A stretch of DNA of 64,000 nucleotides from Octopus sinensis (GCF_006345805.1 NC_043015.1:36456001-36520000); one strand, 5' to 3'. Shown: positions 29,296-42,050, numbered from the stretch's first letter. Program-made: numbers and translations. The notes: generated by a model from the letters alone, not told the origin.

Positions 29296-31149
29296 ACATA
29301 TCAAATTGTTATATATTTCATTAGCTGTTTTCTGTATACATATAGAGACATATATGTGGGTGTGTATGTGTGCGTACGCGCGCGTGTGTGCATATTTGTA
29401 TGTGTGTGTGTGTGTGTGTGTGTGTATATAATCTCTGTGAATATTAAAGTTGTTTCAAGGCTCGATCAAATAACAATCATCCGTATTTTAGAGTCGCTGT
29501 AATGAATTGCCGACAGCGCTGAACACAACTGACTTTGCATATCGTCAAAGCGCATCCATAAAAATCCAACATTGGAACTTCAGTAAGAATGATGGCGATT
29601 AGGGCAGATTTCGTTCACAACATTTGGGGGGTATATTTCGATGAAATGAAATTAATTTCAATTTATGTTGGTCTCTAAATATAGCTTTTTCCCAATATTT
29701 ATAACTTGGCTCAATACCAGGGAATCTCTGTCACTCGAATCAAATAACCATTCCGTTTAAACTGAGTCACGATAAGAAACGCGTTAGTATTGGTATCCAC
29801 GGATTTATTTGAAACGAATTGACATTAAGATCTACTTAATTAGATACTATGCAAGTAGTGTTTATTGGTGGTAAGTAATTGTTCTATGTGAGATTTTTAA
29901 GGAATCAAGCTTTTAAATCTATGTTTTAAGTTAGAAATGACTACAGATTGATGTTTGCTGAGGAAAGATTATAAGGCCGAACCATGATGTGTGCACAATC
30001 AAGCTCTTAGACCAAATTACCATACTTTTCAAAACCTTCATCATGTCGGTATACTATTACTGTTAATCGTAAGTTTTCATGACACCTGATGACACATGTG
30101 AAACGGTATCGAATTTTTCTGTATTACGCTTCAAGTCTTCCTTAGTTATTTCTATTTCCCTTCATCGTTATTCTTATCATTCTTAATTAACTCCGCCCTG
30201 TATTTCCTCCATTTCTATACGTACTTATCGCTGTCAATCAAAGCAACTGGGGAGAATATATGATTCGTGGGTGACGGATCATAATTCTGAAACAAGTTGT
30301 CCTTTGTTTTCATTTGTTTCTTTTTACCCCAGTTGCTATCGAAACCCTATTTATCCAAACATTTCTATTGTATCTAAAAGATTCATGGATATATGTAGAG
30401 ACCGCGCCATCGGTGCGTCAACTGACAACAATACCAAACCGCAAAGTCGAGGATATGCCAGTCGCCTCATCACGATTGTCATTATTCTAATTACTAATTG
30501 TTAGAGACGGCAATACGTGTTGTATAAATGTGTCACTGTAATCCAATGACGTACCAATGTCCTATTCTACCTGATGTCTTCATTAAAGTCCAGTGACATT
30601 GGTTCAAATTACACAGACGTGGCAGTGATTATCGCAAATATGAGACAGCTTTCATTTGTAGTGGAGCAGTTATTATAATCATGATGGCAATGATGATGAT
30701 GATGATCATCATCATTATCATCACCAGCATGATCATCCCCATCGTCATCTATATGTGTCTATATGTATATATAAAATTCATGTAAGACAATTCCGTCTCC
30801 CATTCTCTCTGCATTACGGCTAAAGAGTCAAAGAGTCAGAGTGAAAAAGAATTCTAAAAGAAAACAAACATCAGATATATCTTTTGAACTCTTGAACTTT
30901 CTCCTGTCTTCCACCCCCACCCCTATGGCAGTTTGATTTTAATGTATTTAACATTATTAGCTTACGTCCAAAATGTTTGAAATAGCGTTAATTGTGGTTA
31001 TTAGGAACTGCAAGAAAAAAGAATAAGGCTTTTAACTTGAAAAAAGAAAACGAAAGAATTAAGAGACGTGTAAGTTAAGAATTAGATTTACAGGATTTTC
31101 AAGAGACTATTTCCACTGTTGGTGATATATTTCCTGTCAGGTGCATACT

Positions 31150-31174
31150 ATACATACATACATACATACATACA

Positions 31175-31208
<34 letters not shown>

Positions 31209-31238
31209 CATACATACATACATACATACATACATACA

Positions 31239-31269
<31 letters not shown>

Positions 31270-31300
31270 GTACATACATACATACATATATACATACATA
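31150..31300. repeat. (TACA)n microsatellite
   Basis: Direct reading. Confidence 0.95.
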
Positions 31301-31325
31301 CCACGTACGTACGTATGTGCGTGTA

Positions 31326-31655
31326 TACAGAGAGAGTTGTTCACTAAAGATTTTCCCTGAACCTCTTCCGTTTCTTGCAGGTAACAGAACTTGCCTATAT
31401 ATAAGCCTGCACGTCTCAACGTGTCACATTGTAAACTGCGGCATTTCACTAGTATTCGTTTGTCATTTACGGCTGCTGAAGTGGAATAAGGTGTTATAAT
31501 GGAGACAGTTGGATGCGGATCAGTTACCAGGTTCGTATACCTAGAAGGTCGTACACCAAAAGAGACTTTAGATGAGATGAAAGAAGTTTCTATTCGACGA
31601 GTCAAGATAAGTGTAGGGTCCGAGGGAAAATTTAATCACGAACATTTGCACACGT
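31326..31655 (+). mobile_element. Internally deleted mariner (MITE-like, irritans-type)
   Basis: Imperfect TIRs (GTTCACTAAAGATTTTCCCTGAACC / GGTCCGAGGGAAAATTTAATCACGAAC) flank METVGCGSVTRFVYLEGRTPKETLDEMKEV (31499-31590), a mariner N-terminus. Confidence 0.55.
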
Positions 31656-31872
31656 GGAAGTTATCTGCACGATGAACATCCCGGATGCTCACACCTTTTC
31701 GGAAGCAAGGAACGAGTGAGTTGCCTATGTTTGGGTCTGAGATATGAAGCAGGTGTGTATAAAATTTTAAAGAAATCGGATGAAAGATGTAGGAGTTACT
31801 CAGGCACATACAATTTTTGTACACATGCACACAGACACACACCCCAAAAAATTCAATTTTATAGATATTATT

Positions 31873-31925
<53 letters not shown>

Positions 31926-33282
31926 ATGTGTGTGTGTGTGTGTGTGTGTAATAACATGTGTGTGTGTGTGTGTGTGAGTGTATGAAGATTTGTGTAAGCA
32001 GCCAAAATTGCAGATGGTAGTTATGTCCGAGGTGTTTATTAATACCCTACAAAGCAGTAAATTGACAAAATAAAGAAAATTCTTGAATGTCACCTTCATT
32101 TTGACTACTGTTTTCCAATCACCGAAACATCTAAAATAACTTCCAGATAGATTTACAAACTTATTATTCTGTTTGTACAAAGCAATGATTATTTCGATGT
32201 CTTGATGGTATTTACTTAATGTGGGCTCTTTAAATTTAGACTACAACTAATTTTCCATTAGTTGGTGTTGAAACTGTAGCACCATTTAAACAGCTACACA
32301 TTCAACAGGTGAAATATTCAAAATGAAATTATTAGGATATAAGAACTCACTGCAGCCTGAAGTTATGATCGTATTAGAAGTTACTATTTATAGTATTGCT
32401 AGGTTGGATATTAAGTAATAATTCTACACTATATTGTATATAATATAAATTTTAAAGCGAGCGAAAAACATTGGAAACGTGCCAATCACTAAAGTAGACA
32501 CTATCTGTCTGGAAGTCTTCGCAAATTTGTATTCTACAGCTCGCTACACTACCGCAACTTTACACTTCATTAAACGACTGAAATACATTACTGAAGTAAA
32601 CCATTCCATAATGTGCAATTCTTCAGTCGACTGCTCAAGATTGCATGAACCAATAAATAAATAAATAAAGATACAAAGAGAAAAAAAAACCTGCTTCAAT
32701 AATATTTCAATACCTCGAGGGGTGTAATTCCTGAAACATCGACGTTTAAGCTATAAATCTGTTTGTAATAGCAATAACAACAACAAAAGCAACAACAACA
32801 ATAACTATAACACCAATAGTAACAACTACAACATCAGCCACGACTGCAACAGAAGGAACAACATCGTGATATACAATAAGAACGCAATAAATATAAAATG
32901 TTCAACATAGGCGCATGCGATACGATTAAGGGGAATGGTTCCAATCAACTGATGGCTGGCGAAATTCTTGACTGACGATTTGTTTACTGCGTTCCGGAAG
33001 GGGAGAAGACAAAACCACCAGCGACGGTATTTCTACTCAAAAACAAAATGGTTTGAGCAAAGTTCGCAAAAGGAAATCGCCGATCAGGCTAATGATTTGT
33101 ACAATATACCGATTTCGCAATAATGATAATTCTGTAATAGTAGAAATTTAGGAGTGGAGATCAGTGGATACCATCGATCGCAGTATATGACAGGCGTATT
33201 ATGTTATCGACCACAAAATAAAAAAAGAAAAAAGGAAAGCCGAGTTGACATCGCCGGAGTTTGAAATAAGAACGTCTCAATG

Positions 33283-33660
33283 ACAAATACCTAAAGAGCG
33301 ATAATAATGCCGATGTTGACAAAGCCCTTCACTATCCACTGGCTTAAAATCTGAAACGGAAGAGTTTATCATAGCAGCCCAAGATCATTGACTACCTACA
33401 AGGAACGACCAGGCCAACATACTAAAGACCGCCAGTAGCCCAACATGTCATATATGTAAACAACAAAATGAAACCATTGATCATGATTTCTTTACGTGCA
33501 GTCTTCTTGCGCCTACAGAGTATCGCAACAGGCATGATAGAGCAGCACAGTATATTCACTGGGTAAGTTGCAAAAACAAAAAACCCTGCCCCATAACAAA
33601 AACTGGAGGGAACACAAAGACCCTCAATGCCTGAAAAGGATCACATCTCACTCCTCATGC
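33283..33660 (+). mobile_element. R4/Dong-like RLE LINE fragment: CCHC zinc knuckle and RHD motif
   Basis: ADVDKAL..TGLKSETEEFIIAAQDH*LPTRNDQANILKTASSPTCHICKQQNETIDHDFFTCSLLAPTEYRNRHDRAAQYIHWVSCKN. Confidence 0.88.
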
Positions 33661-34196
33661 CCCAGGAAGGATTTGAACTCAAAGCGTAATGACGGGCGGA
33701 ATGTCGCTGTTTTGTTCGGCGCGGTGACGATCCCGCCATTTCACCGTTTTCAACGAATGCAAAGCATTAATAATTACAATAGTCCTTCCGGCTATAAGCA
33801 GAAGCCTTGAAATTTGGGTGGGGAGGAAAGCAGTTGATGACATCGATCTCAATGACAAACTGATGTCTATTTTATCGACCCCAAAACGAAGAGAACCCAT
33901 TTCGACGTCTTCAGAATTTGACCTCAGAACCTAAAGAGATGAAATAAATATTAAAAGACGTTTTGTCGCTTCTGACACGCCAACAGCTTAAGAGGAAATT
34001 CAACAACAACAGCATCATCACCATCATCATCATCAACGTAAACAAGGACAATGATAATAATCATAATCTTTCCTCTATAGGTAAACGGAATGAAATAGTA
34101 GGGTAGGGTATCAATCAGTCACATCAGTCTCATTGTTCAAGGAGTATTTGTTTCATTGACACTGAAACGATGAAATGCAAAGTCGGTTGGTGCAGC

Positions 34197-34264
<68 letters not shown>

Positions 34265-34774
34265 CTCAATGTAAGCAACAGTGTCTTGCTAAGCAAAACT
34301 GCAGTATTTAGAAACATTTTCATCAGAGAAATTAATCAATTAAACGTCTAGATTCTTCTACTGATAGAATAGGAGAGGAAGGTCCGGGTTTACGGGGAAC
34401 ACCAAAGCTAATCAGCTCGAAACCTCAGGGAGAGGATATTTAAAGGATATTGAGAGGCAACAAGGAACTTGGAAATTCCAAGGTAATTTAAGCCTCACTT
34501 AACTGAAAAGTCTAGCAAATTGAGAAGTTAATGTATCAGACAATTTCTTGGTAACTTTCTTAATCCAAGGGTCAATACAGACAATATATTCCCTCTCGAC
34601 CTCCACAATGTAATTTACATTACTTAACCGTGTTTATTTGATTGGAAAATAAAATGCAATTCCATCTTAGTTTTCATATCTTGTAGATATTCAATATTAG
34701 CTTCGTCATTAAGTTTCTTAATAATACTAATACCATTACAACTGCTGCTGCTGCCGCTACTACTACTACTACTA

Positions 34775-34807
<33 letters not shown>

Positions 34808-35187
34808 GTTCTGTATACAATTTTCGCCAAGGCAAAACAAATAACCGGTCAAGGACTGCGGTCGATGTTATCAGGTAATCCCTCCCCCAAAAGCTGCTGC
34901 CCTTGTCCCACAATGTAAACCCATATAAAATGGCTTCAAACGATGTTATGGTGAAATACCTGACCACGCGGCCAAGTCGGCACCATTTTTTCTCCTATAA
35001 AAATTCACCAGTTGTCATGGTAACTCATATTAACCACTTGTGTGGAAGAGCAGAACGTCTGATTAAAAACGATAATAAAATGAGACTGTCGTTTGCTTCC
35101 ATTCTGCAAATATTGGTAAAGACTGCAAAGTTAGCAAATATTTGTGAAACCGTTATTTTGCAAATGTGGTGAATATAAAGTCAATGG

Positions 35188-35392
35188 CTTTCATCTCTTA
35201 CTTGTTTAAGTCATTAGACTGCGACCATGATGGAGCACCACCTTGAAGCATTTGTAATCGAAAGAATCAACCCCTGTGCTTCATTTTTTAATCCTGATGC
35301 TTATTGTATCAATCACTTTGCCGAACCGCTGGGCTGTGGGGGCGTAAACACACCAACAGCGATTGTCAAGCGGTCAGGAAGAAACAAGCAAA
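35188..35392 (-). mobile_element. SINE family B 3' half
   Basis: Minus strand reads ccgcttgacaa..ggtgtgtttacg.cccc..agcggttcggcaaag..ggtgctcca.catggtcgcagtc.aatgact.aaacaagtaaga. Confidence 0.75.
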
Positions 35393-36142
35393 TACACACA
35401 CACACACACACACACATACACTCTCTCTCTCTCTTTCTCCCGCTCACACACACACTCACACAAACAAACACGCACATACACACACACACACGCCACGCCT
35501 GAAATGTTAATGGTCTTTGTACCAATATGAATGTGCATAATGGTTATGGATTAGTGATTAACGATTAGTGATTATTTGACAATGGCTAAGATTTAATGAT
35601 CAAGGAGTTAGACTCGTGGTCATAAAGTCAGGGACCGTTATCTTCCCCGAGCCTTGGGTTGTACTTCAATCAATGTGCTTCATTCTACTTAATTCACAGT
35701 GAATACTCATCTAGAACTTATGCGGCTTTCTGTCAGTCTGTCTGTCCCTCTCTCTCTCGCTCTCTCTCTCTCTCTTTCTCTCACTCACTCACTCTCGCTC
35801 TCTCTTTCTCTCACTCTCTCTCCTCTCTCTCTTTCTCTATCCCCGCGTCCAGCTGTCATATACTCAATGTTCCAATCCTGGCGGCGGGAGAGTTTGTTTT
35901 CGCCACAATATAGACAAACTACGCAATTAGGGAAATCATGTGAGTGTCACGTGGTAGAATCTACGGCATTGTGGTGGAATATACCTGGTATGTCTTTTGC
36001 AGTCAAAGATATATGACACCACCCCTCTATCTGTCTATGTCTGTCTGTCTCTCTTTCTCTCTCTCTCTCTCTCTCTCCCTCTCTATCTATCTATCTGTGT
36101 CTGTGTAATTACCTAGCAACATATAGATATATGTCCCAAAAA

Positions 36143-36175
<33 letters not shown>

Positions 36176-36178
<3 letters not shown>

Positions 36179-36842
36179 TCCAAAAAACGGAACACGAGCG
36201 TAACAGACGACAGTGCAGACATACGGACAGATGGACAATACAAAGACAGACAAGTAAAACCAGGCCGGAACATTCGTGGCTTTCTATTTATTAGTCAAGC
36301 ATCCAATAATCACTACAGTTTCAGCGTGTTCCACTTGAGATTGTTCAAAATAGGTAGACCCAAAAGTCCAAGAAAGCAGGCGAATATGTGCAGCAACACG
36401 GACAAAATTACAAGAGAACGAAGAAAATGTTACACTATTACAAATACAAACAAGAATAACTACACGTGTCTTTCGACTAAAAGGACAAGTTAAGCTGGCG
36501 TATATACATAGGCAAAGGTGTATGAATAAATATATATATATATTTTTATATGTGAGTGTGTTTGTGTGATTTATATAGCTGTGATGTCTATACGAATGTT
36601 CTTGGACCACAGTAATAACCGTCATCTTTATAACGATCGGTGAATTTTTATCTGACACAAACGATGTCAGCGCTATCTGTGTCTAGTGAAGATACGTGGC
36701 CAAGTGTTTGGCTGCTTGTCTAACGATCATTGGGTACAGGTTCAATGCTCTGGTCGGGCAGAGACTTACTGCCGCATTTAGTCGGTAGGTTTTATTGTGT
36801 GCGTGTGAGTATGTGTGTCTATACAAATATATTCATATACAT

Positions 36843-36923
<81 letters not shown>

Positions 36924-37623
36924 TATATATATAAGTCCAAAAAACGGAACACGAGCGTAACAGACGACAGTGCAGACATACGGACAGATGGACAATACAA
37001 AGACAGACAAGTAAAACCAGGCCGGAACATTCGTGGCTTTCTATTTATTAGTCAAGCATCCAATAATCACTACAGTTTCAGCGTGTTCCACTTGAGATTG
37101 TTCAAAATAGGTAGACCCAAAAGTCCAAGAAAGCAGGCGAATATGTGCAGCAACACGGACAAAATTACAAGAGAACGAAGAAAATGTTACACTATTACAA
37201 ATACAAACAAGAATAACTACACGTGTCTTTCGACTAAAAGGACAAGTTAAGCTGGCGTATATACATAGGCAAAGGTGTATGAATAAATATATATATATAT
37301 TTTTATATGTGAGTGTGTTTGTGTGATTTATATAGCTGTGATGTCTATACGAATGTTCTTGGACCACAGTAATAACCGTCATCTTTATAACGATCGGTGA
37401 ATTTTTATCTGACACAAACGATGTCAGCGCTATCTGTGTCTAGTGAAGATACGTGGCCAAGTGGTTTGGCTGCTTGTCTAACGATCATTGGGTACAGGTT
37501 CAATGCTCTGGTCGGGCAGAGACTTACTGCCGCATTTAGTCGGTAGGTTTTATTGTGTGCGTGTGAGTATGTGTGTCTATACAAATATATTCATATACAT
37601 ATACATACATACACACACACACA

Positions 37624-37673
<50 letters not shown>
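36176..37673. repeat. Near-identical 757-bp tandem duplication bounded by (TA)n
   Basis: 36176-36932 matches 36933-37673, apart from a 1-bp indel and microsatellite differences; ORFs 36284-36658 and 37041-37415 are identical. Confidence 0.97.
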
Positions 37674-37681
<8 letters not shown>

Positions 37682-38036
37682 TATCTTTATTGCTGAAAAG
37701 AAAGAAACTGCAGTCTGAGAATTACCGGTTTAGTAAATGTTTTTATCTTCATTTCACTTAATTTATCAAGCTTCTGTATTCCTAGCACATATTTCGCCTT
37801 AATGTACTGATATATGAAAAATATATGGCTTGTGTTAGTAATACCAGCGATTATAATTATTTTTATTTTATCGCAATTTGATTTGTTTACATATTTCTCG
37901 ATAAATTATGAGCGCCAGGCGATATACCAGAATTCCCTAGTGTTGTCGGGATGTTCGGAGTCTGCGCAGTGATATGATTAGTTAGGGAGAGTAAATCATT
38001 AGACGCACATGCTTCTAGTGAGTTAGGATCCCGGAA

Positions 38037-38127
38037 AAACAGGGTCTCACTGAAGAATTCTCCCTAAGCAAATAAATTATCTTTATTGATGAAAAGAAAG
38101 AAACTGCAGTCTGAGAATTACCGGTTT
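38037..38127 (+). ncRNA. Type I hammerhead ribozyme, copy 1 (predicted cleavage after C38111)
   Basis: Stem I TCTCA(38045-49)/TGAGA(38112-16); core CTGAAGA 38050-56; GAAAC-TGCA-GTC 38100-38111; long stem II. Confidence 0.75.
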
Positions 38128-38431
38128 AGTAAATGTTTTTATCTTCATTTCACTTAATTATCAAGCTTCTGTATTCCTAGCACATATTTCGCCTTAATGT
38201 ACTGATATATGAAAAATATATGGCTTGTGTTAGTAATACCAGCGATTATAATTATTTTTATTTTATCGCAATTTGATTTGTTTACATATTTCTCGATAAA
38301 TTATGAGCGCCAGGCGATATACCAGAATTCCCTAGTGTTGTCGGGACGTTCGGAGTCTGCGCAGTGATATGATTAGTTAGGGAGAGTAAATCATTAGACG
38401 CACATGCTTCTAGTGAGTTAGGATCCCAGAA

Positions 38432-38522
38432 AAACAGGGTCTCACTGAAGAATTCTCCCTGAGCAAATAAATTGTCTTTATTGCTGAAAAGAAAGAAACT
38501 GCAGTCTGAGAATTACCGGTTT
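38432..38522 (+). ncRNA. Type I hammerhead ribozyme, copy 2 (cleavage after C38506)
   Basis: Core CTGAAGA 38445-51; GAAACTGCAGTC 38495-38506. Confidence 0.75.
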
Positions 38523-38824
38523 AGTAAATGTTTTTATCTTCATTTCACTTAATTTATCAAGCTTCTGTATTCCTAGCACATATTCGCCTTAATGTACTGA
38601 TATATGAAAAATATATGGCTTGTGTAGTAATACCAGCGATTATAATTATTTTTATTTTATCGCAATTGATTTGTTTACATATTTCTCGATAAATTATGAG
38701 CGGCAGGCGATATACCAGAATTCCCTAGTGTTGTCGGGACGTTCGGAGTCTGCGCAGTGATATGATTAGTTAGGGAGAGTAAATCATTAGACGCACATGC
38801 TTCTAGTGAGTTAGGATCCCAGAA

Positions 38825-38915
38825 AAACAGGGTCTCACTGAAGAATTCTCCCTGAGCAAATAAATTATCTTTATTGATGAAAAGAAAGAAACTGCAGTCT
38901 GAGAATTACCGGTTT
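38825..38915 (+). ncRNA. Type I hammerhead ribozyme, copy 3 (cleavage after C38899)
   Basis: Core CTGAAGA 38838-44; GAAACTGCAGTC 38888-38899. Confidence 0.75.
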
Positions 38916-39219
38916 AGTAAATGTTTTTATCTTCATTTCACTTAATTTATCAAGCTTCTGTATTCCTAGCACATATTTCGCCTTAATGTACTGATATATG
39001 AAAAATATATGGCTTGTGTTAGTAATACAGCGATTATAATTATCTTTATTTTATCGCAATTTGATTTGTTTACATATTTCTCGATAAATTATGAGCGGCA
39101 GGCGATATACCAGAATTCCCTAGTGTTGTCGGGACGTTCGGAGTCTGCGCAGTGATATGATTAGTTAGGGAGAGTAAATCATTAGACGCACATGCTTCTA
39201 GTGAGTTAGGATCCCAGAA

Positions 39220-39309
39220 AAACAGGGTCTCACTGAAGAATTCTCCTGAGCAAATAAATTATCTTTATTGATGAAAAGAAAGAAACTGCAGTCTGAGAAT
39301 TACCGGTTT
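39220..39309 (+). ncRNA. Type I hammerhead ribozyme, copy 4 (cleavage after C39293)
   Basis: Core CTGAAGA 39233-39; GAAACTGCAGTC 39282-39293. Confidence 0.75.
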
Positions 39310-39614
39310 AGTAAATGTTTTTATCTTCATTTCACTTAATTTATCAAGCTTCTGTATTCCTAGCACATATTTCGCCTTAATGTACTGATATATGAAAAAT
39401 ATATGGCTTGTGTTAGTAATACCAGCGATTATAATTATTTTTATTTTATCGCAATTTGATTTGTTTACATATTTCTCGATAAATTATGAGCGCCAGGCGA
39501 TATACCAGAATTCCCTAGTGTTGTCGGGACGTTCGGAGTCTGCGCAGTGATATGATTAGTTAGGGAGAGTAAATCATTAGACGCACATGCTTCTAGTGAG
39601 TTAGGATCCCAGAA

Positions 39615-39705
39615 AAACAGGGTCTCACTGAAGAATTCTCCCTGAGCAAATAAATTATCTTTATTGCTGAAAAGAAGGAAACTGCAGTCTGAGAATTACC
39701 GGTTT
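39615..39705 (+). ncRNA. Type I hammerhead ribozyme, copy 5 (cleavage after C39689)
   Basis: Core CTGAAGA 39628-34; GAAACTGCAGTC 39678-39689. Confidence 0.75.
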
Positions 39706-41967
39706 AGTAAATGTTTTTATCTTCATTTCACTTAATTTATCAAGCTTCTGTATTCCTAGCACATATTTCGCCTTAATGTACTGATATATGAAAAATATAT
39801 GGCTTGTGTTAGTAATACCAGCGATTATAATTAGTTTTATTTTATCGCAATTTGATTTGTTTATATATATATATATTATATATATATATATATATATGGA
39901 GAGAGAGAGAGAGAGAGAGAGAGTTAGCAGTTATAACAATCGACTGAGGAATAAAAAATTCCGTATAACCATCGAAATCCGTTACTCATGTTATCTCTGG
40001 GCATGGGTATGCAGGCACACTGGTAGAGTGCAGGTAACAACAAAATAAACCAAAGTTTATCAGGAAACAAATATAAATGATCAGAAAATGTGGAAAACCT
40101 CAGATCAAGAAACTCGTCAATTGGTCCACATTAATACAAAACAACATTTATGTGTCAGAATAAATCTTGCGGCTGTTTCCACAGCCGATGCCAATCAATG
40201 TCTATAAATAATTCCTGAAATAAATTCATCATCTTCATAGGACATACGAACCAGGGCACGGAGCTTCATCAAACTAAAACAAAAGCATCCAAAATAAACG
40301 AAAGGAAGAAGGTGAAAAGAAAACATGGCCTAGAAAAGAATTCTGGAAGCCCGAAATATTTAAAGCATATAATCTAGTATCTTGGGGCTACGAATTTTGT
40401 AGGTAAGAGAGCGAACTAGTATTGTTCTAGGGAGCTAAAAAATATTTTTACGGGTAACCAAGATATTTTAAATGTTATGAAAAGAATGAAAAAACAAGGA
40501 AACTCGCTAACACGGCTATCAAATGGCGTTACCTCTGTAAACGAAAAAAACTCAGGTATAATGTATCCAAAACATTACCGTAGGGTGCTTAAAATAATGT
40601 ACCCAGAGAAATATTACAGAGAGCCCCACCTATTGTCCGAAATAGGACCGGTTTAAGTCCAGCGATCCCAACAATTGGTCAATTATATTTCAACCGAGGA
40701 CATAAGTTAAAACCGTTTCAACGGACAAAGATGAAAATAAATACCAAAATAAGAAAAGGGTACGATGGATAAGACAATGATATGAACAGTACAGGGTCAC
40801 CAGTGTCCTATTGCAGGCAGCTTATCGATATAACATGCATGGGAAAAAACGGTCAAATGGGCACAAGATTAAATTTATAGTTAAGGGGAGACAACTAGTA
40901 CAGGTATTACACCGAATCCATATAATCTGCTAGAAATAATATTGGACTTAACATCATATATAGCAAATTATGGTAATAATTTGATCCAAACAGGTAACAA
41001 AAATATTTCTGTCTTTTAGGCACACTACAATGCACAATCATAAAACCACTAACATTTAAGCGGTTAATATTTAAGACCGAATCTCATGTTATTTCTTATC
41101 ATGAATATAATTCTCAAGTTCAAACAGTATAGTAAATACGTCCAACAAGCATTATCATTATTGTTAAAGTTAGATGGTTGATATCATTTAATGATAGCAA
41201 CTATCCAACTTTAATGATAATGTAATACTTTTTATAAATATTTCAAAATTATGATGCTATGATACTAAGTGTTTACATTATTTTGTCTGAAATTTGTATA
41301 TATACGAATGTCTTTTGACAGTTGTATTTTATTTCCACAAGTATATATCAAATTTTTTGCCTCGTAGATACTTCTTTGTTGTTTTTCTTTCGTGTACTTT
41401 ATTTTCTCAAATAATAAAAGTTTCTTTTGTACCATATATGCCAACCCCTTTTCTTTTTTGCAGACTTTCAGCTCAAAACAACGACGTGAGAAGACAGAGG
41501 GAAAGAAATAAGAAAATGCGTCTTTAACGTAGAGAGTGTGATGACGTATGGATATGCAGAGCGACATATGTATATATATATATGCATGCACATAAACATA
41601 CACACACAAATTGGTATATTTATAAATATATTTATGGTTATATATATATATACGCATGTGTGTGTGTATAGGTATGAATATGTCTATATGAAATTAAATT
41701 TATATATGTTTATATATGTGTATATATATGCGTATGTGTGTGAGTGTGTGTATCTATATATAAGTAAATATCCATATATATATATAATATATATATATAT
41801 ATCATGTATCTTGAAAGATAAATATTGATACATACATACATACATATATATATATATATACATCTACAGGTATATATATGTATATATATGCACATGCACA
41901 CATATACAGGCACGCATACACACATAGATATATACATACATGCATGTATGTCTACGAGGTGCGCATA

Positions 41968-42050
<83 letters not shown>

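Larger units (their letters stand above)
37674..39863 (+). mobile_element. Tandem array of 393-396-bp units (about 5.5 copies) carrying hammerhead ribozymes; candidate non-LTR retrozyme
   Basis: Units start at 37674, 38070, 38465, 38858, 39252 and 39648, and are nearly identical. (TA)n lies on both flanks and there is no long ORF. Confidence 0.9.

Noticed and set aside
34293-34328. Minus-strand CTGATGA...ACTGCAGT hammerhead look-alike
   Set aside because: GAAA is replaced by TAAAT, there is no UH in register and no stem I pairing.
36284-36658. Duplicated 124-aa ORF as a gene pair
   Set aside because: Identity reflects the recent DNA duplication; it has a non-ATG start, includes microsatellite-derived residues and has no recognisable domain.
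40166-40240. Minus-strand ATGAAGA...GAAAC-AGCC-GC possible Penelope-type hammerhead remnant
   Set aside because: The core and cleavage triplet are defective; only the 7-bp hairpin CGGCTGT/ACAGCCG is solid.
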